Of a stretch of 31,622 nt of DNA, positions 1 through 9,631 are shown piece after piece. The translations under genes were made by a program, and so were the position numbers. Every line of letters starts with the position of its first letter. The stretch's first letter is position 1. This DNA is from Bdellovibrionia bacterium (GTDB lineage: Bacteria > Bdellovibrionota > UBA1018), in the NCBI GenBank assembly GCA_045805065.1, contig JBJMMA010000212.1:1-31622 (forward strand), given 5' to 3'. The notes beneath the pieces were generated by a model. The model made no database searches, was not told the DNA's origin, and worked only from the letters and a program-made list of their open reading frames with translations.

Positions 1-177
1 AGAACCTATCGTAAGATCCAGCAAAACCTTTTCTGGGCTTTTATTTACAACATCATTGGAATTCCGCTGGCCGCGCTGGGTTTCCTGAGTCCTTGGATTG
101 CGGGGGGAGCAATGGCGTTCAGCAGCGTCAGTGTGGTCAGCAACTCTTTGCTATTGAAGCGGTGGAGACCATTATGA
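1..177 (+). CDS. copA: Copper-translocating P1B-type ATPase, C-terminal fragment (5' end outside window)
   Basis: Not in the ORF track. Frame +1 reads [58 protein letters not shown], with the YN and MxxSS motifs of Cu(I) P1B-1 ATPases. Adjacent to cueR. Confidence 0.93.
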   Translation, partial: RTYRKIQQNLFWAFIYNIIGIPLAALGFLSPWIAGGAMAFSSVSVVSNSLLLKRWRPL

Positions 178-590
178 AAAGTATCACAAGTACGATGAAC
201 ATCGGTGAGGCTGCAAAAGCTTCTGGCGTGAGTGCCAAGATGATCCGGCATTATGAGTCGATTGGAATCATCCCAAAGCCCATTCGTTCGGATTCGGGAT
301 ATCGCCTCTACACATCCAACGACATTCACACGCTTCAGTTTGTTCGGCGGGCACGAAATCTTGGCTTTTCAATGATTGAGATCAAAAAGCTGGTTGGTCT
401 ATGGCGAAACAAAGCTCGCGCAAGCGCTGAAGTAAAATCCATGGCCCAAAAGCACGTCAAAGAGCTTGAAGCAAAGATTGTGGAACTCGAGCAGATGAGA
501 GATGCTTTGAAAAACCTCGCTCGTCGGTGCCATGGGGATCAGCGTCCTGACTGCCCGATCATCGATGAGCTTGCGGACTGCGGTCACTGA
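174..590 (+). CDS. cueR: Cu(I)-responsive MerR-family regulator
   Basis: [27 protein letters not shown] and C-terminal [12 protein letters not shown] metal loop. ATG at 174 overlaps the copA stop (ATGA) with GGAG upstream; alternative start 195. Confidence 0.93.
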   Translation: MKSITSTMNIGEAAKASGVSAKMIRHYESIGIIPKPIRSDSGYRLYTSNDIHTLQFVRRARNLGFSMIEIKKLVGLWRNKARASAEVKSMAQKHVKELEAKIVELEQMRDALKNLARRCHGDQRPDCPIIDELADCGH

Positions 591-603
591 AAAATTTAAT
601 CAA

Positions 604-1494
604 ATGCGCTCGAATCGAAAACTAGGAATCTTGCAAGTTGGGCTCTCCGGGATGCTCTTTGGCTTTCTGGGGGTATTTGGAAAACATCTGTTCGAAAGCG
701 GCGTCACTCCGGGCGAGCTTTTGGGTTTAAGGTTTTCAATCTCGGCGCTTCTACTCTGGCCGGTCATTATCTTATTCTATCCCAGTCAGTGGAAGCTTAA
801 GCCTAAGGAGATTCTTGCGTGTGCGGCGCTTGGAGCGGCTGGATATGCCGTGTTCTCCTTTTGTTTTTTCGTCGCCTTACGAGGGCTATCAGCCTCTCTT
901 GCAGTCCTGCTACTTTACACTTATCCGGTGATTGTCACTGGAGCGGCTTGGGCGCTGTGGGGCGATGCGGTCCCTAAGTCCAAATGGCCAGCGCTCCCAT
1001 TGACGATGATCGGAATTGTGCTTCTGGTGTGGGGTGAGTTCTCCATGACTCAGCTCATGGGACTTTTTGCGGGGATTGCGTCAGCCGTTCTTTATTCCTG
1101 CTATATCCTGGCATCCAGCCGGTTTTTGAAACACATCGAGCCTTTGGTTGCTTTAACCTACATCTTGACTGCCGCAGGCATTTTGCTTTCAGCTATTCAT
1201 CTGAGAGACATGGAAAGAGTGAGTGGGCTCATCGCCCACCATTGGTTGGTGATTTCTGGAGTCACGGTATTGAGCACGGTTGGTGCAATGAGTCTATTTC
1301 TCGCAGGATTGCAAAAGCTCAGACCTTGGGAAGTCTCATTGCTCAGTACGCTGGAGCCTGTGACAGGCGTGGCTCTGGCCACCCTGCTGTTGAGTGAGAG
1401 ACTGAGCTGGATTCAGGCTTTAGGAGCCTTGGGTGTGCTGGGCGGACTTGTATTTGTCTCGTTGCCAGCAAGAAGCGCCAAAGTCCTAAGCTGA
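604..1494 (+). CDS. DMT/EamA-family transporter
   Basis: About 10 hydrophobic helices in two repeats; LLLYTYPVIV and LSTLEPV motifs. Start placed at ATG 604, 13 nt after the cueR stop. Confidence 0.88.
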   Translation: MRSNRKLGILQVGLSGMLFGFLGVFGKHLFESGVTPGELLGLRFSISALLLWPVIILFYPSQWKLKPKEILACAALGAAGYAVFSFCFFVALRGLSASLAVLLLYTYPVIVTGAAWALWGDAVPKSKWPALPLTMIGIVLLVWGEFSMTQLMGLFAGIASAVLYSCYILASSRFLKHIEPLVALTYILTAAGILLSAIHLRDMERVSGLIAHHWLVISGVTVLSTVGAMSLFLAGLQKLRPWEVSLLSTLEPVTGVALATLLLSERLSWIQALGALGVLGGLVFVSLPARSAKVLS

Positions 1495-1827
1495 CTTCTT
1501 TTCTGGGCTTTCTCCAATGGGGCGCCCGCCTTGAACGGCAATCTCTCCACAGAAAATTTCCGGGTTCTTCTCGAAAATCTTCGGCAGATTCTGATTGATC
1601 CAGAGCGATGCCAAACGAATGGACTCGCCGATACTGGCTTCGCTGTTAAAAATACTGACTGACATTACAGTCCCATCCGTAAGAAACGCCAGGGTGTAGT
1701 TGATGAACCCAGAGAGTTTCTCCACCTGAGGAACGAAATCATCAGTGACGTGCTTTCTAATGACGTCTTTTTCCTGCTCCATATCGACGCCCTTCAAAGG
1801 GCGGTACTTCCGAACAACGACATACAT
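1486..1827 (-). CDS. Small ABM-like (dimeric alpha-beta barrel) protein
   Basis: MYVVVRKY...FVPQVEKLSGFINY...VSIFNS pattern typical of ABM-like proteins. GAGGAG SD is 7 nt before ATG 1827; alternative start 1833. Confidence 0.65.
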   Translation of the reverse strand: MYVVVRKYRPLKGVDMEQEKDVIRKHVTDDFVPQVEKLSGFINYTLAFLTDGTVMSVSIFNSEASIGESIRLASLWINQNLPKIFEKNPEIFCGEIAVQGGRPIGESPEKKSA

Positions 1828-1891
1828 TTCCATACTCCTCTCAGTGAGTGGTGAGTAAAGACAAGTGTCGGCGAGTTCAGTGAGTCAATAT

Positions 1892-2419
1892 CTATGCTGC
1901 TTTTCTTTTACGTGCTTGATTCATCAGAACAGCACCTGCGCCAAGGCCTAGAATAACGAACAGTTCTCTTTTCTGGCGGCGGACGTCCGTACGATTCTCC
2001 CCGAACCTCGAGAAGAATCCTCCGCGCCTGAATTCAGTTTTTAGGCCCATTTCAGAAAGCGGATTATGAGCACTCAGGGTGAGAATGCTTTTAATGCCTT
2101 CTTCGAATACGTCCACGCGATCGGCAGCTAAAAGTAGAAGCCAATGCGCCTTTCGGCCTTCGCTGAACTTGAATGCAAACTCCCGGATCATTCCGCTCAA
2201 ACCCTTGGGAGGGCAGGAAGTTCCAAAAACCGGTGTCAGGCCCTTGTGCTCGGTTGAGACCAGAATCTTCACGTTTGGAATTTGTTGCTCTGGCTCATCC
2301 CAGTGAGCGCCTGTACCGTTCGGAGGTGTTTTTTCCTTGGGGACGGCAGGTCTATTCTTGGGATCAAGATCTGCGCCCCAGCCCGGAATCCTTGCTTTTA
2401 GTTCACTTGTACTTGCCAT
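1892..2419 (-). CDS. Conserved-looking hypothetical protein with C-terminal hydrophobic segment, partner of the Zn dehydrogenase
   Basis: IPGWGADLDPKNRP...TPVFGTSCPPKGLSG...HWLLLLAADRVD; AGGAG SD; 18 nt downstream of the dehydrogenase gene. Confidence 0.8.
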   Translation of the reverse strand: MASTSELKARIPGWGADLDPKNRPAVPKEKTPPNGTGAHWDEPEQQIPNVKILVSTEHKGLTPVFGTSCPPKGLSGMIREFAFKFSEGRKAHWLLLLAADRVDVFEEGIKSILTLSAHNPLSEMGLKTEFRRGGFFSRFGENRTDVRRQKRELFVILGLGAGAVLMNQARKRKAA

Positions 2420-2437
2420 AAATTCTCCTGAAAAATT

Positions 2438-3589
2438 CTACGCAGCTTTGGATGGGATCAATACGGTCTTGATGCATTGATCGAGTTTGCTTGAGAACAT
2501 GTGATAGCCCTCGGCAACTTCCTCAAGTGGCAATCGGTGCGTAATAATGTCTTTCGGATTCAAGCGTCCTGCCTTGATGTGCTCGATCAGACGTGGCAAG
2601 TGACGCTTCACGCTGGCCTGATTGGCGTTGATGCGAAGACCTTTGTTAAGTACGTCCCCCATGGTGACCATGTTGAAGGTCGGGCCATAGACGCCTACCA
2701 CGGAAACCACACCGCCTTTTCGCACGGAATCAATGGCCCAGTTGAGCGCGGTGGGAGCCCCGGCCTGGATCGGGAATTTCACGCCGGTCAAAGTCATCAT
2801 GAAGCTGCCATCCGCCTCCGCGCCAACAGCATCGATGCATACGTCCGCTCCAATGTGATCAGTGAGTTTCTTCACGTGAAGAACAACGTCTGGAATGGAA
2901 GAGAAGTTGTACACTTCAGCGTGAGCATAGTTCTTCACGAACTCAAGGCGGTAATCAATGTGATCGAACACGATCACGCGACCTGCGCCCATGAGCCATG
3001 CGGATTTTGCAGCAAAGATCCCTACAGGACCCGCGCCAAAGATGACGACAGTGTCACCCTCTTTAATGTCGCCCATTTCCGCGGCCTGGTATCCGGTTGG
3101 GCAAGCATCGGTCAGAAGAACAGCATCTTCAACATCCATCCAATCAGGGATCTTCCAAGGACCAACGTCAGCAAACGGGACTCGCACATACTCGGCTTGC
3201 CCGCCATCATACCCACCCGTTGTGTGAGAATATCCAAAGATTCCACCTACCGCTGTAGCGCTTGGGTTGGTGTTATGACAGTTGCTGTAGAGCTCTTTTT
3301 TGCAGAAAAAGCACGAGCCGCAAGAAATATTGAAAGGAACAAGGACGTGATCGCCTTCCTTGAGGTTTTGAACCGATGATCCAACCTGCTCCACGATCCC
3401 GGTAAACTCATGGCCAAAGGTCATTCCAACGCGAGTGTCTGGAACCAGGCCGTGATAAAGGTGCAGGTCCGATCCACAAATCGCAGAACGTGTGACTCGA
3501 ACAATCGCATCATTCGGATGTTCAATCTGAGGCATGTCTTTTTGCGTGGTTCGAATACGATAAGGTCCGCGATAAGTCATCGCTAGCAT
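2438..3589 (-). CDS. Zinc-dependent alcohol/formaldehyde dehydrogenase (MDR family, FDH-like)
   Basis: ICGSDLH, GHEFTG, structural Zn CGSCFFC...C, GAGPVG Rossmann motif. Start at ATG 3589 (MLAMTYRGP) with GGAGG SD. Confidence 0.92.
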   Translation of the reverse strand: MLAMTYRGPYRIRTTQKDMPQIEHPNDAIVRVTRSAICGSDLHLYHGLVPDTRVGMTFGHEFTGIVEQVGSSVQNLKEGDHVLVPFNISCGSCFFCKKELYSNCHNTNPSATAVGGIFGYSHTTGGYDGGQAEYVRVPFADVGPWKIPDWMDVEDAVLLTDACPTGYQAAEMGDIKEGDTVVIFGAGPVGIFAAKSAWLMGAGRVIVFDHIDYRLEFVKNYAHAEVYNFSSIPDVVLHVKKLTDHIGADVCIDAVGAEADGSFMMTLTGVKFPIQAGAPTALNWAIDSVRKGGVVSVVGVYGPTFNMVTMGDVLNKGLRINANQASVKRHLPRLIEHIKAGRLNPKDIITHRLPLEEVAEGYHMFSSKLDQCIKTVLIPSKAA

Positions 3590-3628
3590 GTGCAAAACCT
3601 CCAAAATGGAAATGATAATTTGGAGTTC

Positions 3629-3644
3629 TGCAAGTACCGCTCCT
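3629..3644 (-). promoter_or_regulatory. Putative sigma54 -24/-12 promoter for the dehydrogenase operon
   Basis: Minus strand AGGAGCGGTACTTGCA = GG-N10-GC with TTGCA. Confidence 0.45.
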
Positions 3645-3664
3645 GCACCTTCTTCGTCGCAACG

Positions 3665-3680
3665 AGGAATGTCGATTGCA
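3665..3680 (+). promoter_or_regulatory. Putative sigma54 -24/-12 promoter
   Basis: AGGAATGTCGATTGCA = GG-N10-GC with TTGCA; ATG 3693 follows the GC after 13 nt. Confidence 0.45.
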
Positions 3681-3692
3681 CAGATTGCGGGA

Positions 3693-4127
3693 ATGAAGAC
3701 AAAGGCATTAGCCGTCGGGCAAGGCATCTTTTATATTTTCAGCGGGCTCTGGCCGATCGTTCATTATCGCTCGTTTGAGAAAGTGACCGGTCCCAAGACG
3801 GACGACTGGCTGGTTAAAACGACGGGGGGCCTGATTGCAATGGCAGGTCTGTCCATTCTTCGAGCAGGTCTTCGTTCTGACCTTAATCAGGATCTGAACG
3901 AGAGCAGCAATGCTCCCCACGAGGCGGCCATTGTTGGGGCGGGACATGCTTTCGTTCTAGGAACTTCCGCCGGCTATTATTCGCTGATTGGGCGAATTTC
4001 CAAAGTCTATCTCTTTGATGCCGTAACAGAGTACGCATTAGTTGGGGCTTGGTTGCTGACTACTTTGAAACCGACTTCAACTGCACCTAAGATCGAGTCC
4101 AAAGAGGGTCTCACCTACGCCGCGTAG
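3693..4127 (+). CDS. Hypothetical membrane protein (about 4 TM)
   Basis: GLWPIVHYRSFEKVTGPKTDDWLVKTTGGL and ISKVYLFDA look like conserved family motifs; hydrophobic helices. Start 3693 or 3669. Confidence 0.75.
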   Translation: MKTKALAVGQGIFYIFSGLWPIVHYRSFEKVTGPKTDDWLVKTTGGLIAMAGLSILRAGLRSDLNQDLNESSNAPHEAAIVGAGHAFVLGTSAGYYSLIGRISKVYLFDAVTEYALVGAWLLTTLKPTSTAPKIESKEGLTYAA

Positions 4128-4160
4128 TAAAGCGTCAATCCACTGACGTCATCTCGGGTA

Positions 4161-4188
4161 TAAATCCAATTCAGTGATTTGCCGATAA
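4161..4188 (+). promoter_or_regulatory. Putative sigma28 (FliA)-type promoter
   Basis: TAAA-N16-GCCGATAA: both boxes match the consensus, spacer 1 nt longer than the E. coli N15. ATG lies 7 nt downstream. Confidence 0.55.
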
Positions 4189-4195
4189 GCTGCTT

Positions 4196-5701
4196 ATGCA
4201 ACTGGCACGTCGCTGCGTCTTAGCTCTCACTCTTTCAATTCTTCTTGGCTCAAGCACCTTAGTTCGCGCAGCAAAGCCGACAGAAGCACAGATTCGATGC
4301 ATCGTTGAGCAATTGCAAGCCTCGGCACTCAGCCCACAGGATCTCAAGAAGTCGCGTGAAGCTTTTTTGAATGCTCCGGCTCAAACTAAGGCACTGCGCA
4401 GGAAGTTGCAAAAAGAGGGATTTACGTCTGCGGCTTTGAATGAAGAGATCCTGAAAAACCATAATACTCATTACACCAAAGAGATTCCCGACGCTCATAT
4501 CTGGGATCAGCAAAGAACCGGGGATTGCTGGGATATGAGCGCGTGCCGGGTGGAAGTGGACGAGCTCATCAGGCGGGGTGTTGTCGGCAAAGGTTTTCGT
4601 ATTTCCACGAACGATATCTATTTCAAAGCCATGTATGAGAAGTCCAACAAGTGGCTGGTTGAGCGGGTGTCGCAATTTCTTAAACCAGGACTTTCAGATG
4701 ATTCCCTACTATCCATTACGGATGTTGGCGGGGCCGTGGGCGATGGCGGGTTTTATGAATATTTCCCTTTTATCGTGGCCAAGTATGGAGCTGTTCCGCA
4801 GAGCGCTATGAAATCGACGGCAAGCTTCCGTGACAGCTCCAATATGAATCAGGAGCTTTCCCGAAAGCTTGCGGCAATTTCAAAGGCCATGCTGGAAAAG
4901 TACAAAAGCTTTCAATTTGAGAAAGGCCAGCAGATTCTGAACTCCCCTCAGGTGAGCGAGCTTCTGAAGATCCGCGAAGACGGGATGAAGGATATCTTCA
5001 ACATTCTCGGATCTCACCTGGGAGTTCCACCTGAGAAGTTCACTTTCCGGTTTAAAGATGGAACGAAAAAGGTTTTTACTCCAAAGCAGTTTGCTCACGA
5101 TGTCTTGAGGTTTAATCCCAAGAAAAACGTCGTGATCTCCAGTGATCCGACTCTTCCTTATGATCAAGCCTTCGCGGCCCGAGGGAGCGAAATGGGCATT
5201 GAACGACCCAAGGATCCAGATTCTGGGGATCAATTCCTCAACGTGCAACGCGACCGATTGCTTGAGTTAGTGAAAAAATCCATCGACCATGGGCATGCAG
5301 TCTGGTTTGGTGCGGATGCAAACCAATCCATGATTCCGATCTCGCATTCGGATCCCCGCGCGGCGGGCATCATGCACCCGCGCATTTTCAAGACGGATGA
5401 TATTTATCGTGCGCCCAATGGGGAGCGGTTTTCAAATATCACAGATCCAAAAGAGGAAAGACTTTTTGGCTTAACTGAGATGGATCACGCCATGGCGATT
5501 GTGGGTTATGATCTGGATGAAAACGGAAATATCATTAAGCTGAAGGTCGCCAACTCCTGGGGCAAAAAGGCGGGGACGAAGGGCTACTTCCACATGTATA
5601 AGGAGTGGTTCGATAAATATGTCACGGAAGCTGCCATTCAAGAGGGGCTTCTGGGATCCGCTGAGCGGGAATTGCTCGCAAAGCCCAAAACGCCCCTCTG
5701 A
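4196..5701 (+). CDS. Secreted C1-family cysteine peptidase (PepC/bleomycin hydrolase-like, C1B)
   Basis: DQQRTGDCW (Gln/Cys), DGG...KYGAVP, AVWFGAD, DHAMAIVGYD (His), ANSWG (Asn); N-terminal signal peptide. Confidence 0.88.
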   Translation: MQLARRCVLALTLSILLGSSTLVRAAKPTEAQIRCIVEQLQASALSPQDLKKSREAFLNAPAQTKALRRKLQKEGFTSAALNEEILKNHNTHYTKEIPDAHIWDQQRTGDCWDMSACRVEVDELIRRGVVGKGFRISTNDIYFKAMYEKSNKWLVERVSQFLKPGLSDDSLLSITDVGGAVGDGGFYEYFPFIVAKYGAVPQSAMKSTASFRDSSNMNQELSRKLAAISKAMLEKYKSFQFEKGQQILNSPQVSELLKIREDGMKDIFNILGSHLGVPPEKFTFRFKDGTKKVFTPKQFAHDVLRFNPKKNVVISSDPTLPYDQAFAARGSEMGIERPKDPDSGDQFLNVQRDRLLELVKKSIDHGHAVWFGADANQSMIPISHSDPRAAGIMHPRIFKTDDIYRAPNGERFSNITDPKEERLFGLTEMDHAMAIVGYDLDENGNIIKLKVANSWGKKAGTKGYFHMYKEWFDKYVTEAAIQEGLLGSAERELLAKPKTPL

Positions 5702-5715
5702 ACTGAGTTTGATTC

Positions 5716-6546
5716 TTACTTGCTGAAAATCTTGGAGAGGAATGTCTTCATCTTCTGCCAGGAGTCAGCATCAGCTTCCGCATTGTAAGCAATTGGCATC
5801 TTGTACTTGTTGCCAAGCTCGGTTGCCTTTTGGTTCGTGAATGCGTGCTTTGCGCCTGGATAAGAAATGACGTCAAACTGAGCTTTGTCTTTCTTCATCT
5901 CTTCTTTGAATTCTTCAACCTTCTTAGCATCGACCATCGGGTCAGCTGCGCCCGTCAAGACAAGGATCTGCGGCTTGATCGGTGATTTGGCTTTCAACGA
6001 AGATTCCAGCGCACCATGGAAGCTCACGACGCCAAGAAGCTTCTCCTTGCCGGTGAGTCCACCAGCGCGGGCAAGATTAAGAACCTGAGATCCGCCAAAG
6101 CAATAACCGATGGCTGCGATCTTTGCGCTGTCGATTGAAAAACCCGCTTTCTTTGCGGCTGTCGGAGCAGCAGCTGCAAACTGTTGCAGAAGCTTTACGC
6201 CAATCATCGGATCCTTATAGAAAGGACCGGCGAGCTCTGTGGCTTCTGGAGGCGTCGTTCCCGTTTTGCCTTCGCCAAAGAGATCAACAGCCAGAGCGGC
6301 GTAACCAAGCTCATCGGCGATCTTGCGAGCGCGCATTTCGGGATATTCGGTTTTTCCCCACCATTCATGAACGACCAGGACCAAAGGAAGCGAGCCTTTC
6401 GCATGGTCAGGGTAGACGAGAGTTCCTTTATAGGACTTTCCACCTTCCTTGAGATCGACGGGCGTTGTCTGCGCTGCCAGTGCAGCAGAAGCCCAGAGGC
6501 TTGACGAAATCACAGTTGCCAAAAGAGTTGCGTAGATTTTATTCAT
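5716..6546 (-). CDS. Dienelactone hydrolase family protein with signal peptide
   Basis: VHEWWG, GYCFGG nucleophile elbow, ADPMV, HAFTN. Start ATG 6546 with GGAG SD. Confidence 0.92.
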   Translation of the reverse strand: MNKIYATLLATVISSSLWASAALAAQTTPVDLKEGGKSYKGTLVYPDHAKGSLPLVLVVHEWWGKTEYPEMRARKIADELGYAALAVDLFGEGKTGTTPPEATELAGPFYKDPMIGVKLLQQFAAAAPTAAKKAGFSIDSAKIAAIGYCFGGSQVLNLARAGGLTGKEKLLGVVSFHGALESSLKAKSPIKPQILVLTGAADPMVDAKKVEEFKEEMKKDKAQFDVISYPGAKHAFTNQKATELGNKYKMPIAYNAEADADSWQKMKTFLSKIFSK

Positions 6547-6593
6547 TTGAATCTCCATTTGTATCTGTGCATTACATGCCACGAGTTCAGGTT

Positions 6594-7820
6594 TTAGGCA
6601 AACCAGCGTCCGTTCAGATAATCGACGATGTGTGACATGCCGAGATATCGCACGGCGACTGCTGCTGCAATCAGGCCCAGAACCATAGCAAAATTGAGAA
6701 GCCTCGGAGAATAGCGAAAATGTCGCGAGATGAGGTGTGCCAGGCAGAGAAGAAGCAGAACATGCCAGGGGAGCGTATAACGAATCATGCTTCGAAATCC
6801 CAAGCTCTTGAGGCCACCCAAGGTGATGTAAAAGATCAGCAGCGAGATGGCGTAGATTGGCGCCCTTGTGGCAAACCCGCGATTTTTCTTCACCAGCAAA
6901 AGAGTGCTTTCAACCGCGGCAAATACAAGAAAAGCGATGCCCGAAAGAATGGTCGCAATCTTATCAAAGTCGAAATAATACGAGAACTCTTTCCATTTGA
7001 AGATTGCGGCATAGTCAGGCTGAATGCCCCAACCGATTCGCTGCGTTTCCATATAGAGGTCATAGCGGCCGAAGCGGTACCAGCAATAAGCAAGAAAACC
7101 AACCGCTCCCATGGAGGCAAGCACTGAGGCAAGCGCTGTCCGGGTCATGAGCCTTGCCGAGGGCAGTCTCTTTCGCTGCAAGAGTTGAGTGGAAAGACCC
7201 GTCATCAGAGGAAAAAACGAGACAGGCATTCCAACGATTCTTGTTGCCGACATTGTCATTCCCGAGACGGCACTGCAGACCCCACTGTAGCTTTTTGTCG
7301 AGGCACTTGTGTTTTCTGAACCGAGCGATCGCGAACTCAAAATGAAAACCAGAAGCGTCGAGAGGAAGAGTGATTCAGAGTAACCTGCGATCAGGAAAAT
7401 CGCCGCCGGATGCGCGAAAGTCGCGAGAATAACAAGAAGCGATCCCTGGACCGAAATCTTCCAGCCGCGAAGAATTCTCCAAAGCGCTGCCCAGAATAGA
7501 ATCGTGAAGAGCTGCGCGATCAGGACAAGTGTGAGCTCTGCCTTGAGGCCAGTTCCCAGATGAACGGCGCGCGCGAGATATGGAAAGCCTGGAAAAAACG
7601 CAACGTTTGAAGTTCCCGCATTTTGCGGCACGGGCGGAACCGTTGAGTGATAACCCTCTTTGACGATGGAGCTGTACCAGCCGCAGTCCCAGGCGCAGAG
7701 TCTTGCGTAAACGTCAGACGTGCGATGAATCGGAGCAAGCCAAAACGCCAGCGCAAGCTGAAGGAGCGTAAGAACGACTCCGACAGCAAGCGCTTGGCGT
7801 GTCAGTGGCTTAAGCCGCAT
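6594..7820 (-). CDS. Polytopic GT-C-like glycosyltransferase (PIG-V/mannosyltransferase-like)
   Basis: [14 protein letters not shown]...[20 protein letters not shown] and SMIRY motifs; many TM helices. Start 7820 overlaps the upstream gene end. Confidence 0.72.
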   Translation of the reverse strand: MRLKPLTRQALAVGVVLTLLQLALAFWLAPIHRTSDVYARLCAWDCGWYSSIVKEGYHSTVPPVPQNAGTSNVAFFPGFPYLARAVHLGTGLKAELTLVLIAQLFTILFWAALWRILRGWKISVQGSLLVILATFAHPAAIFLIAGYSESLFLSTLLVFILSSRSLGSENTSASTKSYSGVCSAVSGMTMSATRIVGMPVSFFPLMTGLSTQLLQRKRLPSARLMTRTALASVLASMGAVGFLAYCWYRFGRYDLYMETQRIGWGIQPDYAAIFKWKEFSYYFDFDKIATILSGIAFLVFAAVESTLLLVKKNRGFATRAPIYAISLLIFYITLGGLKSLGFRSMIRYTLPWHVLLLLCLAHLISRHFRYSPRLLNFAMVLGLIAAAVAVRYLGMSHIVDYLNGRWFA

Positions 7821-9342
7821 TCTGTCGCTGCTCTTGTTCCGATTCAGAAACGCGTCTTGGAACATCTCTGAGTCCGGAGGTTGAAGAAGGGGTGGCTCCT
7901 TCTTCATGGTATTCGGCGTCCTGATTTACTTGCCAGACGTCATAGACCTTTTTGCCGGCCAGAATGTTTTGTGCCGTGAGCATTGCGGTCATGATCGCGT
8001 GGTCCTGATTATTGTATTTATGCATTCCGTTACGACCCACTAAGTGGAGCGATGGAAGCTTTTGCTCAAGCTCCGTGCGGATCGTATCGACATGGCGAGA
8101 ATAGTTCTCGTCATAGACCGGGTAAGCCTTAGGCTGTCTGACGACATATCCACGGATAAACTGCGATTCTCGTCCAAGTCCGATCTGGTAGAGCTCCTTC
8201 TTGGCAAGCTCGACCAGGTTTTCATCAGGGCTGGTCCATAGACCATCGCCTTCAAAGCAGAAGTACTCAAGGCCATAGCATCCATAGGATTCGTCGGGCA
8301 CCATTTCAGGGGACCAGGACTTGAAGTTCTGGATTCGTCCCACCTTGACGGATGGGTCATGGATATAGATCCAGTTGTCATCAAAGAGCTCTTCGCCCTT
8401 GAGGATCAGCACAACCGTGATGAAATCGCGGTAACCCAGGGACTCTGCTGCCTTCACGGTTTGTGAAGAAAGGGCAGGCTGGATGGCTGGGATCAGTTCG
8501 CGGATCGGAGCCGAAGAGATGACATGATCCGCTTCGAGGATCTCAGTCTTTCCGTCACCGTTTGCCGAGGTGGTCTGAACGGTCCAGGAGCGTGACGCTT
8601 CATTCCAAGTGAGTGATGAAGCCTTTTGGCCCTTCAGGATGATGCCGCCCATCTCTGCCACTTTCTTGGCGCAAACCTCCCACATCATGCCAGGACCTTT
8701 TCGCGGATAGCGGAAAGTGTTGATCAAGGTCTTGATCACCTCATCACGCGATTTTGGTGTCCTGAACTGAAATGCGGATTTTGCCGCCGACATCAGAGAC
8801 AAGCCCTTGATTCGCTGCGCCGCCCAGTCAGCCGAGATATCGCGACAATCCATTCCCCAGACTTTCTCAGTGTAGGTTTTGAAGAAGATCCGGAACAAGC
8901 GGGCGCCAAACTGGTTAGTCACCCAGTCCTGGAATGACTTAGGTCTCTTATGAGGAAATAAACATGCCTTGAAGTAAGAGAGCACGCAGAGCATGGATTC
9001 GAAGATACCCAGCTTCATGAGCGCTTCAAGCGGCTTGAGCGGATAGCAGAAGAACTTGTTGCGATAATAGATTCTCGAGGAGCGAGGGCGCTCAAGCATG
9101 TCATCGGGCAGGATCTCGTTCCAGAACGCTTCAACCTCCTGAGATTTCGAGAAGAAGCGATGTCCGCCAATGTCAAAATGGAAACCATCTTGTTTAACAG
9201 TCTTTGAGATGCCTCCCACATATTGAGGGTCTGCCTCAAGTACAGTGACGCGGACTCCTTCTTTCGAAAGAAGATACGCTGCCGTTAAGCCAGCCGGGCC
9301 AGCACCAATGATTGCCACCGAAACATGTTTAGAGTTTTGCAT
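7810..9342 (-). CDS. FAD-dependent oxidoreductase (protoporphyrinogen oxidase/UDP-galactopyranose mutase-like family)
   Basis: [61 protein letters not shown]. Confidence 0.88.
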   Translation of the reverse strand: MQNSKHVSVAIIGAGPAGLTAAYLLSKEGVRVTVLEADPQYVGGISKTVKQDGFHFDIGGHRFFSKSQEVEAFWNEILPDDMLERPRSSRIYYRNKFFCYPLKPLEALMKLGIFESMLCVLSYFKACLFPHKRPKSFQDWVTNQFGARLFRIFFKTYTEKVWGMDCRDISADWAAQRIKGLSLMSAAKSAFQFRTPKSRDEVIKTLINTFRYPRKGPGMMWEVCAKKVAEMGGIILKGQKASSLTWNEASRSWTVQTTSANGDGKTEILEADHVISSAPIRELIPAIQPALSSQTVKAAESLGYRDFITVVLILKGEELFDDNWIYIHDPSVKVGRIQNFKSWSPEMVPDESYGCYGLEYFCFEGDGLWTSPDENLVELAKKELYQIGLGRESQFIRGYVVRQPKAYPVYDENYSRHVDTIRTELEQKLPSLHLVGRNGMHKYNNQDHAIMTAMLTAQNILAGKKVYDVWQVNQDAEYHEEGATPSSTSGLRDVPRRVSESEQEQRQNAA

Positions 9343-9359
9343 AGTTCGGCCGGCAAATT

Positions 9360-9375
9360 TGCAGAATCGGTGCCT
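9360..9375 (-). promoter_or_regulatory. Putative sigma54 -24/-12 promoter
   Basis: Minus strand AGGCACCGATTCTGCA versus consensus TGGCAC-N5-TTGCW; predicted +1 near 9349, ATG at 9342. Confidence 0.55.
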
Positions 9376-9424
9376 AGTCTATCGCGGCAAACGCAGGCTA
9401 CGTCTTTATCTCTAAACTTTTACG

Positions 9425-9631
9425 CTAACTCTTTTCTTGAATGTCGCAGGATTCGGTCTCTGGATCGAAGACGATTTTTGCCTTGCCTGTGCGAAGAAGC
9501 TCCTGGACTTGACGAACGCGGGTTTCAAGCGAAATTTCCTTGTCGCCGTAGTCCGTTCCGCCTCGGGTCACGAACTCCTCGATTAACGCACGCAAAGTGT
9601 CAGGATCCAGATTTTGCCAAGGAATATCCAT
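9425..9631 (-). CDS. yheU: YheU (UPF0270) family protein
   Basis: MDIPWQNLDPDTLRALIEEFVTRGGTDYGDKEISLETRVRQV...IVFDPETESCDI is the characteristic YheU pattern. Confidence 0.88.
   Translation of the reverse strand: MDIPWQNLDPDTLRALIEEFVTRGGTDYGDKEISLETRVRQVQELLRTGKAKIVFDPETESCDIQEKS

Noticed and set aside
93..173. N-terminal extension of the cueR ORF
   Set aside because: Lies inside the copA coding frame; the real start is 174 or 195.
1841..1885. Direct repeat TCAGTGAGT twice in the intergenic gap
   Set aside because: Only two 9-nt copies; no array or recognisable operator.
2501..3379. 292-aa plus-strand ORF
   Set aside because: Antisense shadow of the Zn dehydrogenase; no motifs.
6567..6582. 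TGGCATGTAATGCA upstream of the dienelactone hydrolase, resembling a sigma54 site
   Set aside because: GG-to-GC spacing is 8, not the required 10.
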